Positions 17,840 to 27,409 of a stretch of 64,000 nucleotides of DNA are shown piece by piece. The notes under the pieces are model-generated. The model had not been told where the DNA came from. It did no database searches and saw nothing but the letters and a program-made list of their open reading frames with translations. The DNA lies in NCBI GenBank assembly GCA_041674765.1, contig JBAYVE010000005.1, positions 1,645 through 65,644 on the forward strand. Direction: 5' to 3'. Source of the DNA: Patescibacteria group bacterium. GTDB taxonomy: Bacteria; Patescibacteriota; UBA1384; XYA2-FULL-43-10; 1-14-0-10-43-13. The stretch's first letter is position 1, and every line of letters begins with the position of its first letter. Position numbers and translations under genes: made by a program.

Positions 17840-18534
17840 TTAGAGACCAAGCAGCTTTTCCAAATAAGTCTTCATCTCCAGCTGGGAGGGGATATCATTT
17901 TCCATCTCTAAGGCGATATAATCGCCGAAGTAATTTTTCGGATAAGCTCTCAAATAATTGAGCTCAGAAGTGCTTTTTGGAAAATGGTTATCATAGCAAA
18001 TACGTTCATAGTTATGGGCGTCATTATGCTCTGGCTTAGCAGTCACACCGTTGATATGATTGGCACCGATCGAAAATTTTCCGAGAATATTTATAGTTTG
18101 TATATATTTGTCAGGGAAGAGGCGGCGGGCGTTTTCCAGGTGAGAGGTGTCAAGGCAAATACCAGCAAACTTTGCTACTTCCTCTTCTTGCAATGGTTCC
18201 GGGCCGGCATTTTCCATATACATAATGCTGTTATTTTTTTCCAGTTTGGATTCGTTTTTCTCTCGATGGAAGGGTGAATATTGCAGCGTTCCATGCCAAA
18301 GCGTTCGACTAGGTAGCCTATCTCTTCGTCTTCAAAATCAGAGCGGATATGAGCAAAGGGGATTTTGATATCCTTCAATTTTTCCAGAAAGCGGTAGAGC
18401 TTCTGCCTTTGTGCCATTTCGAAACAGGTCGGGAAAATTGCGAACTCTTTGATCTGAAGACGTTTAATATCTTCAAGCTGTTTCTCTGAAGGATCATTGA
18501 TTGTAGTCACACTGACTAATATTTTCTTTTTCAT
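17840..18534 (-). pseudogene. Frameshifted gene (two overlapping ORFs 18175..18534 and 17840..18223), probable xylose-isomerase-like TIM-barrel / sugar phosphate isomerase family
   Basis: Two same-strand ORFs overlap by ~50 nt. The motif ICLDTSHLE resembles the CLDT.H metal-site motif of the AP-endonuclease-2 / TIM-barrel family. Confidence 0.35.
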
Positions 18535-18622
18535 AAGGATAGAGTAACTTTTTTGGGATCAAAAATAAAGCAGCGCACCCAATGGAGGTAGGATGCGCTG
18601 TGCAGGTGCCGCTGAAATAGAG

Positions 18623-19585
18623 TTAGACGGCGAGGGTCGTGCCGGTAATCCGGTGGTAGGCTTCCAGGTACTTTGCCCTGGTATTCATCACCACTTCCTC
18701 GGGGAGGGTTGGTGCGGGTGGTTCCTTGTTCCAACCGAGCGTTTCCAGGTAATCGCGCAGATACTGCTTGTCGAAGCTGTCCTGTGGACGCCCCGGTTCG
18801 TATCTTTCCATGTCCCAGAAGCGGGAGGAGTCAGGCGTCAGTACTTCATCGGCGAGTACGATGTTGCCGTGTATCGGATCAATGCCGAACTCAAATTTCG
18901 TGTCGGCGATGATGATGCCTCGCGTGCCAGCGTATGCAGCAGCGGCTGAGTAGATCTCAATGCTGAGTTCGGCGAGATTCGCGATAACATTAGCTGGGCT
19001 CATATCGCATTTGATACGATTATCAGTCATCCACTTGTCAACCACACCAACCGCTGTCGCAGGGGAGATATTTTCGTCATGACCGATCTCTGCTTTGGTG
19101 GTTGGCGTGAAGATTGGTTGGGGTAGACGATCTGATTCACGTAGTCCCGGGAACAGAATGTTCCCACATACACCCCCGGTTCGCTGATATTCCTTCCAGC
19201 CGCCTCCTGCAAGGTACCGGCGGACGATGCACTCAATAGGGATGATGTTCAGCCGTTTGACGATCATGCTTCGTCCTTCGAGTTGGCCGCAATAGGGCTG
19301 AAGCGGTGTGGGGAATACATTGATATCGGCGTCGAGCATGTGGTGTCGGAAGCCGGTTACCCTGCCCGGCAAATGTCCGAACCAGAATTGAGATATTTGC
19401 GTCAGCACACGGCCTTTGTCAGGTATGCCATTTGGCATTACGACATCGAAGGCAGAGATGCGGTCGCTGGCGACGAAGAGTATTCGGTTCTCGTCGACTG
19501 CATATACATCGCGGACCTTTCCGCGGCCAAGCAGTTCCAATCCGGGAAGATCGGAACGCAGGAGGGCAGAACTCTGTTCAGGCAT
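18623..19585 (-). CDS. purC: Phosphoribosylaminoimidazole-succinocarboxamide synthase (SAICAR synthetase)
   Basis: LLGRGKVRDVY......VASDRISAFDVVM...IPDKGRVLTQISQFWF, a PurC signature. Start set at MPEQSS. A strong hairpin terminator lies at 19650-19690 downstream of the upstream minus-strand gene. Confidence 0.8.
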   Translation of the reverse strand: MPEQSSALLRSDLPGLELLGRGKVRDVYAVDENRILFVASDRISAFDVVMPNGIPDKGRVLTQISQFWFGHLPGRVTGFRHHMLDADINVFPTPLQPYCGQLEGRSMIVKRLNIIPIECIVRRYLAGGGWKEYQRTGGVCGNILFPGLRESDRLPQPIFTPTTKAEIGHDENISPATAVGVVDKWMTDNRIKCDMSPANVIANLAELSIEIYSAAAAYAGTRGIIIADTKFEFGIDPIHGNIVLADEVLTPDSSRFWDMERYEPGRPQDSFDKQYLRDYLETLGWNKEPPAPTLPEEVVMNTRAKYLEAYHRITGTTLAV

Positions 19586-19713
19586 TTTTTTTAGTTTCCT
19601 CTCAGTAGATTGTCCGAAGACTGCTATAATAAAACATTTTATCACTCGTATGTCAATTTAATAAAAAAATATGGCCGTCATCGCGGTGAAGCGATGCCGG
19701 CCATATGACAATA

Positions 19714-19974
19714 CTATCTCCCGGACTGGGAGATAGGGGCAAGGGTTGAAATTGGCAACCAATGGCTACCAGAGTGGTCACCAGGATGGATGATCACCTC
19801 GACATATCCCTTCCATTGAGGGAGATCATTGTTATCGGGCATCTTGCCTAGGACACCGGCGCAGCCGCCAAAGACGCCAGATGGAATCGAAACTGAATCA
19901 AACGGTAAGAACTCTCCGATTTTTTCATCGGTGTACGGAAGCCGTCCTTTAGGGGAATCGAATTTGTTCTGCAA
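19714..19974 (-). CDS. Hypothetical protein
   Basis: ORF with a rho-independent terminator downstream (minus-strand hairpin + T-run at ~19650-19700). Confidence 0.3.
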   Translation of the reverse strand: MQNKFDSPKGRLPYTDEKIGEFLPFDSVSIPSGVFGGCAGVLGKMPDNNDLPQWKGYVEVIIHPGDHSGSHWLPISTLAPISQSGR

Positions 19975-20221
19975 CTTAACCTCCTGTGCAATAGTAACTG
20001 TCCCTTATTCTTTGCCACAAAATCTGATGAAAGTCAATCTGATGTTTGGAATTTGTTCGTATTTTCGGGTATAATAGAGTTATAAAGTTCATCAAGTTTG
20101 TAAAGTTTATAAAGTAGAAAGTTAATACAGTTCGTCAGGTTTATAAAGTCGGAAGTTTGTAAAGTCCGAAGTCCAAGATGTCATTCTGAGGGTGTTGGCG
20201 AAGAATCTAGGGCGGATGCCG

Positions 20222-20358
20222 GCTCAGACGAGCTGAGAGATCCTTCGCTTTGCTCAGGATGACAAAAAGTAAGCTCAGATGACAAAAATAAGCTTATGAT
20301 GACAAAATAACTTCAGGGTGACGGAATAATCTCAGAATGACAAAGTAATCTTGGGATG
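20222..20358 (+). repeat. Six degenerate tandem ~19-20-nt repeats (CTCAGRATGACAAARTAAG) immediately upstream of and running into the uvrD start codon; preceded by GATCCTTCG...CTCAGGATGACA element
   Basis: Read directly: tgctcaggatgacaaaaagtaag / ctcagatgacaaaaataag / cttatgatgacaaaataa / cttcagggtgacggaataat / ctcagaatgacaaagtaat / cttgggatgaagacaaat. Confidence 0.75.
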
Positions 20359-23300
20359 AAGACAAATATGAATGATTTATTGCAAAATTTAAACGAGCCT
20401 CAACGTCAAGCAGTTTTGAATACCGAGGGACCCGTGCTGGTTCTTGCGGGGGCGGGGAGCGGTAAGACAAAAGCGTTGACGCATAGAATTGCTTATTTGA
20501 TTCGCGAAAAGCATATTTCGCCCTATAATATTTTGGCGGTGACTTTTACGAATAAAGCAGCAGCCGAGATAGCTGCTCGTGTACAACAGCTACTCGGAAA
20601 TTCCAATTTCCAAAATCCAATTTCCAATCAATTTCCAAAATCCAATGACCAAAAATATAAATTACCTTGGGCTGGGACTTTTCACTCTGTTTGTGTTAGA
20701 ATATTGCGCCGTGAGGCCGACTACGTGGGCTTTTCCCGCTCTTTTACTATCTATGACGAGAATGACAAGCTATCGGTAATAAAGCGTCTGCAGAAGGACC
20801 TGGGGGTTGATCCGAAGCATTACAATCCAAATTCGATCGGCTACTTCATCTCTGGCGCCAAAAATGAGCTGATCGACGCTAAGGAATATAAGAAGTACAC
20901 GAATTCGCCTTTTGAGCAGATAACCGCCAAGATCTATGAGCGTTATGAAAAATATATGCACGAAGTGAATGCGCTGGATTTTGACGACCTGATTATGCAG
21001 TGCGTGGTTTTGTTCCAAAATAACCCTCAAATTCTCGAAAAATATCAAAATTTATTTAAATACATTTTGATTGACGAGTACCAGGATACCAATCAGGCGC
21101 AATACATTTGGGCGAAGTTACTCGCTTCCAAGCACAATAATATTATGGTGGTGGGCGATGATTATCAGTGTCTAGTGCCGAATACTGATATCTATATTGA
21201 TCAAGAGACATTTCTGCCAATCAAAGCATTGGATAAGGGAAATTTGGTTATGGCGGCCTCAGGTTGGGGCAGTATTTGTCCTGATTTGGTACAGAAAATT
21301 CACAAAACCAAATACTCTGGTTACTTGATTAGGGTCAAGACCAAAGGCGGACGGATATTGGAATTGACGCCGAATCATAAATTGTTTGCAAATCTTCAGT
21401 CTAAGCCAAGTCTTTATTCTGTTTATTTGATGTTTCGCCAGGATAAGGGATATAGGATTGGGATTACACAAGGGGTCAGAAGCAAAAAAGATCAGATTGT
21501 AAGTGGCTTAATGGTGAGAATAAATCAGGAAAGAGGCGATAGAATTTGGTTGCTTCAGTCGTGCAAAACGCTTGGAGATGCTATGTATTTAGAGCAGTTT
21601 TATGCCTTTAAATATGGTATCCCCACAACAATTTTTGAAGATTCTGGCAAAAAGGCTGTTTATTCTCAGGAAAAAATTGATTCTTTATATCAAAATATCC
21701 CGACTGTTGAAAGAGCGCTCAAATTGGCACTAGATATCGATTTAGATCTTGCATTTCCTCATTATCAACCGCAGGCCGTGATTAAAAATGGTAAGGGGCG
21801 GAAGTTGGTCAACTTGGTAATGTTCGGAGAAAACCGAAAATTTGAGAATCGTCCTTGGCATGCTCACCGAATCTGCCTAAATACAACAGACATCAATCTC
21901 AAGGATAAATTGACTGGTTTATATCCTATAAGAAATGGTCAAAGAGGTACTTGGCGAGTAGAAACCTCCAGAAAAGACTATGATCAAGCCGTTGCATATG
22001 CTGAAGGATTATTCAGCTATGATGATGAACTATTGTTGAATCAACGGGCCAGGCTTTTAAGTGATAAGTCATTCAATGTTTTGCCGGCCAAAAATCTTCG
22101 AATTGGAATGGTCGTTCCTGTTTTGAAGGGTAGTAATCTCGACGAGGACGAGATAATTGCTATCGAAAAATTTGATTATGCCGGTGATCTTTATGATCTA
22201 GATATCGCAAATCTTCATAATTATATAGCCAATGGAATGGTTGTTCATAATAGTATTTACTCATGGCGGGGTGCCAATTTCCGCAATATTTTGAACTTTG
22301 AGAAGGATTACAAAAATGCGGTTGTAATCAAGCTTGAACAGAATTATCGCTCGACCAAGACTATTCTGGAGGCGGCCAACGACGTTATTAAATTCAATGA
22401 AAACAAGACTGACAAGAAGCTCTGGACGGAAAATGACACCGGCAGGGCCATTTCTGTTTATGAAGCAATGAACGAGAAGGATGAGGCTGAATTTGTCGCA
22501 ATGGAGGTCAAATCATCGGTCGAAAGTCGGAGGTCGAAAGTCGGAGGCAATTTTACCTCAAACCTCAAACCTCAAACCTCAAGCTATTTCGATTTTGCGG
22601 TTTTGTATCGGACCAATGCCCAGTCTCGAGCAGTTGAAGAAGCGTTTTTGCGGTTTAAGATCCCTTACAAGGTAGTCGGAGGAATGCGCTTTTATGAGCG
22701 CAAGGAGATCAAAGACATTATTTCATTTCTTAGATTGATAAATAACCAGATGGATTTAGAGGCATTAACCAGGGCCGTGTCATGTATGCCAAGGGGAATT
22801 GGCGATAAAACGATCGATAAAATTAGAGAATACATTTCCGCTAACTTTGTCATCTCGAGCGGTGTTCTTGGAGCCGAGAGATCTTTTGACTTGCCAAAGA
22901 TTTCTCCAACCTCGAGTACGAGGGGTCGAAATGATAATTTATTTTTGGTTTTATCTCGGAATGATGCTTTTCCCTCCAAGGTCACCGATTTCTTCAAATT
23001 ACTTTACGAGTTCTATAAACTTTATGAACTCTCAACTCCCTTAGATCAGTTAATTCTGAAAATTGCCGAAAAAACCGGCTATCGAAAGTATCTGCAAGAC
23101 GGTACGCCGGAAGGAGAGGGAAGATGGGAGAATGTATTAGAGCTTTCAACCGTAGCCGCACAGGTTGAAGCTCAAATTACCAATTACCAATTACCAATTA
23201 CCACTCAAATCCCAAGTTCCAATTCTCAAGATTTAGATATTGATCATTCATTGGAAATTGAAAATTATAAAATTGAAAATTCTGAAAGCGGTTTTGAGAA

Positions 23301-23658
23301 CGAAACAACACCATTAGAAAAATTTCTTGAACAGGTGTCGTTGGTGCAAGATACGGACTCGCTTTCAGGCGAGGCTGGTGTTGTGACATTGATGACGCTT
23401 CATTCAGCCAAGGGCCTGGAATTTAAGACAGTTTTCATCGTCGGTGTCGAGGAAGGACTATTCCCACATTCTCGGGCATTGATGGATAATTCAGAGATGG
23501 AGGAGGAGCGACGCCTGGCCTATGTCGGCATTACCCGTGCCAAAGAACTATTATATTTGCTCTATGCTACAGAGCGTAATCTCTACGGCCGGCTTCAATG
23601 GAACGAAAAATCAAGGTTTATTGAGAATATTCCAGAGCACTTGTTGGATGAAATTTAA
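20356..23658 (+). CDS. uvrD: UvrD/PcrA-family ATP-dependent DNA helicase carrying an intein and multiple in-frame repeat insertions
   Basis: Walker A AGAGSGKTKALTHRIAYL, motif ILIDEYQDTNQAQY, and VVGDDYQ...SIYSWRGA split by the intein. C-terminal motifs VTLMTLHSAKGLEF and YVGITRAKE. Confidence 0.85.
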   Translation: MKTNMNDLLQNLNEPQRQAVLNTEGPVLVLAGAGSGKTKALTHRIAYLIREKHISPYNILAVTFTNKAAAEIAARVQQLLGNSNFQNPISNQFPKSNDQKYKLPWAGTFHSVCVRILRREADYVGFSRSFTIYDENDKLSVIKRLQKDLGVDPKHYNPNSIGYFISGAKNELIDAKEYKKYTNSPFEQITAKIYERYEKYMHEVNALDFDDLIMQCVVLFQNNPQILEKYQNLFKYILIDEYQDTNQAQYIWAKLLASKHNNIMVVGDDYQCLVPNTDIYIDQETFLPIKALDKGNLVMAASGWGSICPDLVQKIHKTKYSGYLIRVKTKGGRILELTPNHKLFANLQSKPSLYSVYLMFRQDKGYRIGITQGVRSKKDQIVSGLMVRINQERGDRIWLLQSCKTLGDAMYLEQFYAFKYGIPTTIFEDSGKKAVYSQEKIDSLYQNIPTVERALKLALDIDLDLAFPHYQPQAVIKNGKGRKLVNLVMFGENRKFENRPWHAHRICLNTTDINLKDKLTGLYPIRNGQRGTWRVETSRKDYDQAVAYAEGLFSYDDELLLNQRARLLSDKSFNVLPAKNLRIGMVVPVLKGSNLDEDEIIAIEKFDYAGDLYDLDIANLHNYIANGMVVHNSIYSWRGANFRNILNFEKDYKNAVVIKLEQNYRSTKTILEAANDVIKFNENKTDKKLWTENDTGRAISVYEAMNEKDEAEFVAMEVKSSVESRRSKVGGNFTSNLKPQTSSYFDFAVLYRTNAQSRAVEEAFLRFKIPYKVVGGMRFYERKEIKDIISFLRLINNQMDLEALTRAVSCMPRGIGDKTIDKIREYISANFVISSGVLGAERSFDLPKISPTSSTRGRNDNLFLVLSRNDAFPSKVTDFFKLLYEFYKLYELSTPLDQLILKIAEKTGYRKYLQDGTPEGEGRWENVLELSTVAAQVEAQITNYQLPITTQIPSSNSQDLDIDHSLEIENYKIENSESGFENETTPLEKFLEQVSLVQDTDSLSGEAGVVTLMTLHSAKGLEFKTVFIVGVEEGLFPHSRALMDNSEMEEERRLAYVGITRAKELLYLLYATERNLYGRLQWNEKSRFIENIPEHLLDEI
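21169..22251 (+). mobile_element. Intein (361 aa) inserted in the UvrD motif between VVGDDYQ and SIYSWRG
   Basis: Begins with Cys (CLVPNTDIYID, block A). TPNHKLF is block B (T..H). Ends ...DLYDLDIANLHNYIANGMVVHN followed by Ser (blocks F/G, terminal HN + nucleophile). The central region is a possibly degenerate homing-endonuclease domain. The extein motif is restored upon excision. Confidence 0.8.
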
Positions 23659-23682
23659 TTCCCTCGGAATTCATACTTCTTT

Positions 23683-26214
23683 TCAAAGTAATCTTTTTCT
23701 TGACCTTAAAAAAAGGTATGATCCCATAACGATTGCCAGAGAGCCTAAGATATAAATGGGGTAGTTGTTTGACTCATTGCTTGACTGGTCTTTCTGGACT
23801 ATTTGATTAGAGATTTCTGGAATTTCAATTAAGTTTTCGATTGGGTCGCCAGCTAAATCGCTAATTGATTCAGCAGTTTGAGGGTCATCAGACTGAGCAT
23901 TTGCAGGCTGACTCGACGAAACGCTTCTTAAAATATTTGCAACCGGACTTGAGATAATATTTGTCGCATTGCTACTACTGTCAGATATTATGAGGGCATT
24001 TTGAACGACAAAGGATCCATTATAAACAATGCCCGTGTTATTTGTTCCTGTTGCTTCAGTTTCAAAATGAGTGGTAATATCTGTTTCAATATTGGTAGAA
24101 CTGGCTTCTGCAACATAGGTATGAGCTCCAACTGTTGCGTCAGAAGGCAAAGCGTAGCTTCCAGTCCAGACAGTGTCGCCGCTATCATTTGTTGAAGAGT
24201 AAGCAAGCGGGATCTTTATTGAATTATCTAAATAAATTTGAACACTGTTTTCTGTTTTCTCTAACGGATCGGTCTGGAGCATCGAAGTGGTGACTGAGAA
24301 ATTAACCGTTTCGCCGGCAGAATAAGTTGAATCATCGCTTGAACCAATAATTGTCCACGGCGCCATGGCCATGTATTTCACCCACTGTTCATCGGGATAA
24401 GAAACATAATCGAATAAATTGCCAGTAGAAACTGTTTTTCCAAGTGCAAGGTAAACCCAACCGTCTTCATCGATCATTTCTCTACTTTTACTTAAAACTA
24501 CATTGCGATTTAGTTCATCAGTGGTTGAATAAAAAGTATTAAATTTCCATCTCTCCTCAAAAGTATCCATATTCATATAGCCAAAGTAATTATTAAACAA
24601 ATTATTTCCACTATCAGTGACTTTAGAATAATAAATGTTATTTTTAGCATCTACAAATTTCGGAGATATATCACTAATAGAATCTACCGTCTTAATTAAA
24701 ACTCCGTTCTCACTACTGACTTCTAGCATTGAAGTTGTCACACTGAGAATTTCAAAACCATTTAGCTCGTAGCTATAAGATTTAAAATAAAGTTTATCAT
24801 TTATTTGTATCATATCTTGAAAACCATTTATTCCAGGACCACTCTCATATACCCACTTTGGAGTGCCAGTATCCCCATCTATTGCATATATTTTCTTTGG
24901 ATTCTCTTTATCGGCAATAGTGTAATCGGAAAAATAAAGTATATTGTCGTTTCCTATCGTTAAGGAGTTCAATGCAAAAGGTCCAGCCTCGTATACCCAT
25001 TTCGTGCTGCCATCTGTAGGATTTATTGCGAAGAGTTTTGAATTTGATAAAACATACAATGTGCCATCTATTCCCTGTACTATTGGGCCAGGACTCGAGA
25101 CTGTGTTATCTATCATCTGCCTGAATTTTTCGGTGCCGTCAGGATTTAAAGCAAAAAGGGTCATATCATATGGTGCGCTTGTTTTAACTAAAATATAATA
25201 AATCGTTCCGTCAGCCCCAAGCGCAATACCTGCTCCATGAGGAAAATTTTGCGATTGAAATGTCCACTTAAAGCTGCCGTCAGTTAAATCAATGGCCATT
25301 GCCATATCTGCGGTTATAGTATAGGCATACAAAGTCCCGTTTTCTCCAGTAACAAATTGTCCTATCGTATCACTAAAAGGAATTTCCCAAACAGTTTCTC
25401 CGGTTCTTCGATCGGCCGCGACAAGTTTCGGATTGCTTGACCAAGTATGATAAACCACTAAGTCATTATATATAATTCTTGTCGAGATCATTGAATTTCT
25501 CTCGTATAGATTGGTCCACCGTGGGGTGGAATAAACACTATTATTTGCATAATCTGAGGATAATAAACCGTTTGGCTTGGGAGATCCATAAAATCCCCAT
25601 GGGGAACCGGAAACGGTTGTCGCTGAAAGGTCACCTTGACGAGTTGTCCAAGTGAAGTTAATACTGTCGATTAAAGGCGTTACGGTTGTACTGTTTGTAG
25701 TTAGAATAAATTTGAGTCTTATTTTTCCGATCTTGCCGCCGCCGTTATGTTTTGTCATGGGAAGAGCCGAAATATCAACCGGCGAGGAAAGATCGAAACC
25801 AGTAGAGTTGCCGGCTAAAACCGTGTCAGGGAAAAGACCACTGGCGCTATCGAGGACTTGAACTTTAATACTGGTACCCTCTGGAATGGTGGTTTGGGCA
25901 CTAATCGTGCCCCATTCTACTGCGCTAAAACCTAAGTAATCACCGATTGTTTTAGTGGTAACCGCACCTGTTAACCGATATGGTGTTGTAAACAAGGTCG
26001 TGCTTCCCTCTTTAAGAAGTTGAACTTTACCGGTTACAGTGTTTACACGAGCGCCTGCATTAGTCACAATTCCCAAGGCATCGGCAAAATCGTCCGTGTA
26101 AGTACCGGTTTCTATATTAGTCGTAACTGTTGCCGAAGTCTTGGACGAATAAGATTGTAGTACCAAGAGAAAGAATAAACAAAAGACTATTAGTTTAATT
26201 AAATTGAACTTCAC
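23683..26214 (-). CDS. Large secreted beta-propeller (PQQ-like repeat) surface protein with C-terminal TM anchor
   Basis: N-terminal signal peptide MKFNLIKLIVFCLFFLLVLQSYS. Repeated DGT.Y/ DG..KW propeller-blade motifs. C-terminal hydrophobic segment + RSRKRLL. Confidence 0.55.
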   Translation of the reverse strand: MKFNLIKLIVFCLFFLLVLQSYSSKTSATVTTNIETGTYTDDFADALGIVTNAGARVNTVTGKVQLLKEGSTTLFTTPYRLTGAVTTKTIGDYLGFSAVEWGTISAQTTIPEGTSIKVQVLDSASGLFPDTVLAGNSTGFDLSSPVDISALPMTKHNGGGKIGKIRLKFILTTNSTTVTPLIDSINFTWTTRQGDLSATTVSGSPWGFYGSPKPNGLLSSDYANNSVYSTPRWTNLYERNSMISTRIIYNDLVVYHTWSSNPKLVAADRRTGETVWEIPFSDTIGQFVTGENGTLYAYTITADMAMAIDLTDGSFKWTFQSQNFPHGAGIALGADGTIYYILVKTSAPYDMTLFALNPDGTEKFRQMIDNTVSSPGPIVQGIDGTLYVLSNSKLFAINPTDGSTKWVYEAGPFALNSLTIGNDNILYFSDYTIADKENPKKIYAIDGDTGTPKWVYESGPGINGFQDMIQINDKLYFKSYSYELNGFEILSVTTSMLEVSSENGVLIKTVDSISDISPKFVDAKNNIYYSKVTDSGNNLFNNYFGYMNMDTFEERWKFNTFYSTTDELNRNVVLSKSREMIDEDGWVYLALGKTVSTGNLFDYVSYPDEQWVKYMAMAPWTIIGSSDDSTYSAGETVNFSVTTSMLQTDPLEKTENSVQIYLDNSIKIPLAYSSTNDSGDTVWTGSYALPSDATVGAHTYVAEASSTNIETDITTHFETEATGTNNTGIVYNGSFVVQNALIISDSSSNATNIISSPVANILRSVSSSQPANAQSDDPQTAESISDLAGDPIENLIEIPEISNQIVQKDQSSNESNNYPIYILGSLAIVMGSYLFLRSRKRLL

Positions 26215-26367
26215 TATTTTAAACCCTCCATCTTTTTATAGGATACCAAAACTATTACAAAAAACAAAACAAGCGCAAGCGAAATCACTTTGTTGGATTA
26301 CCCTAATAGAATCTGCCCTCACTTTTCACCAATTCCCTACCACATTAAAAATAAAAAGGAGGGAAAG

Positions 26368-27366
26368 GTGAAAAAAGAGCAGAAGAGAGGCGAGATTATA
26401 ATTTATAACTCTGATGGCGATAACGGGAAAGTTGAAGTTAGGGTAGAGGGCGAAACGTTATGGTTGAGCCAAAATCAAATGGCGGATCTTTTTGGAGTAA
26501 ATCAGCCGGCAATTGCAAAGCATTTATCCAATGTCTTTAAATCAGGAGAATTAGAAGAGAAATCAGTTCATTCCATTTTGGAATATACTGCTAAGGATGG
26601 TAAAAAATATAAAACAAAATTTTATAATCTAGACGGAATTATTTCTGTGGGGTATCGGGTCAATTCTAGAGAAGCGACGCAATTCCGGATCTGGGCCACG
26701 AGGACACTAAAAGACCATTTGACCAAAGGATATACACTTAACAAAAGGATTCTAGCCAGGTATCGAGAGAAGTTTTTGGAAGCGCGAAAGACTTTGGCGA
26801 TGATAGCTTCTAAATCAGATTTTGAGCTTTTGCAAGGACACGAGAAAGAGCTCATAGAATTAATCTCTGAATATTCCAAATCTTTCAAAGTCTTGGAGGA
26901 ATTTGATGAGCGAAAAATTGAAATTAAAAAGTTGAACAAGGAAGTTAAGTTTGAAATTTCGTATGACGGTGTATTGGAGATAATCGGTCAGATGAAAAAC
27001 CGACTGGCGAAATTGCGGGTCAATGTCTATATGTTCGGGACTGAGGTCGGACACAAATTGTCTTCGACAATCGGTTCAATAAATCAAACCTTTGACGGCC
27101 AAGATCTCTATCCAAGCGTCGAAGAGAAGGCAGCAAATTTACTATATTTGGTGATCAAGGATCATCCCCTGACGGATGGCAACAAGAGAGTAGCCTCGAT
27201 GCTTTTTGTTTATTTTCTGGAGAACAACAGTTATCTATATCGTACCAGCGGTGAAAGAAAAATCTCAGACAATACTCTGATTGCCTTAGCCCTTCTTGTC
27301 GCTACCAGTGATCCAAAAGAGAAAGATAATATAGTTCGGCTAATAATGAATTTGATCCAGAATTAG
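26368..27366 (+). CDS. RhuM-family N-terminal domain + Fic/Doc-family protein
   Basis: ETLWLSQNQMADLFGV.....KHL.NVF..GEL......F......GK.Y.T.FYNLD.IISVGYRVNS..ATQFRIWAT is a RhuM signature. The C-terminal HPLTDGNKRVASML is a Fic/Doc motif (HP..DGNKR). GTG start after AGGAGG. Confidence 0.7.
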   Translation: MKKEQKRGEIIIYNSDGDNGKVEVRVEGETLWLSQNQMADLFGVNQPAIAKHLSNVFKSGELEEKSVHSILEYTAKDGKKYKTKFYNLDGIISVGYRVNSREATQFRIWATRTLKDHLTKGYTLNKRILARYREKFLEARKTLAMIASKSDFELLQGHEKELIELISEYSKSFKVLEEFDERKIEIKKLNKEVKFEISYDGVLEIIGQMKNRLAKLRVNVYMFGTEVGHKLSSTIGSINQTFDGQDLYPSVEEKAANLLYLVIKDHPLTDGNKRVASMLFVYFLENNSYLYRTSGERKISDNTLIALALLVATSDPKEKDNIVRLIMNLIQN

Positions 27367-27409
27367 AAAACCAGCCCTGCACGATGCGAGGGCTGGCGGG
27401 TGTGATGTC

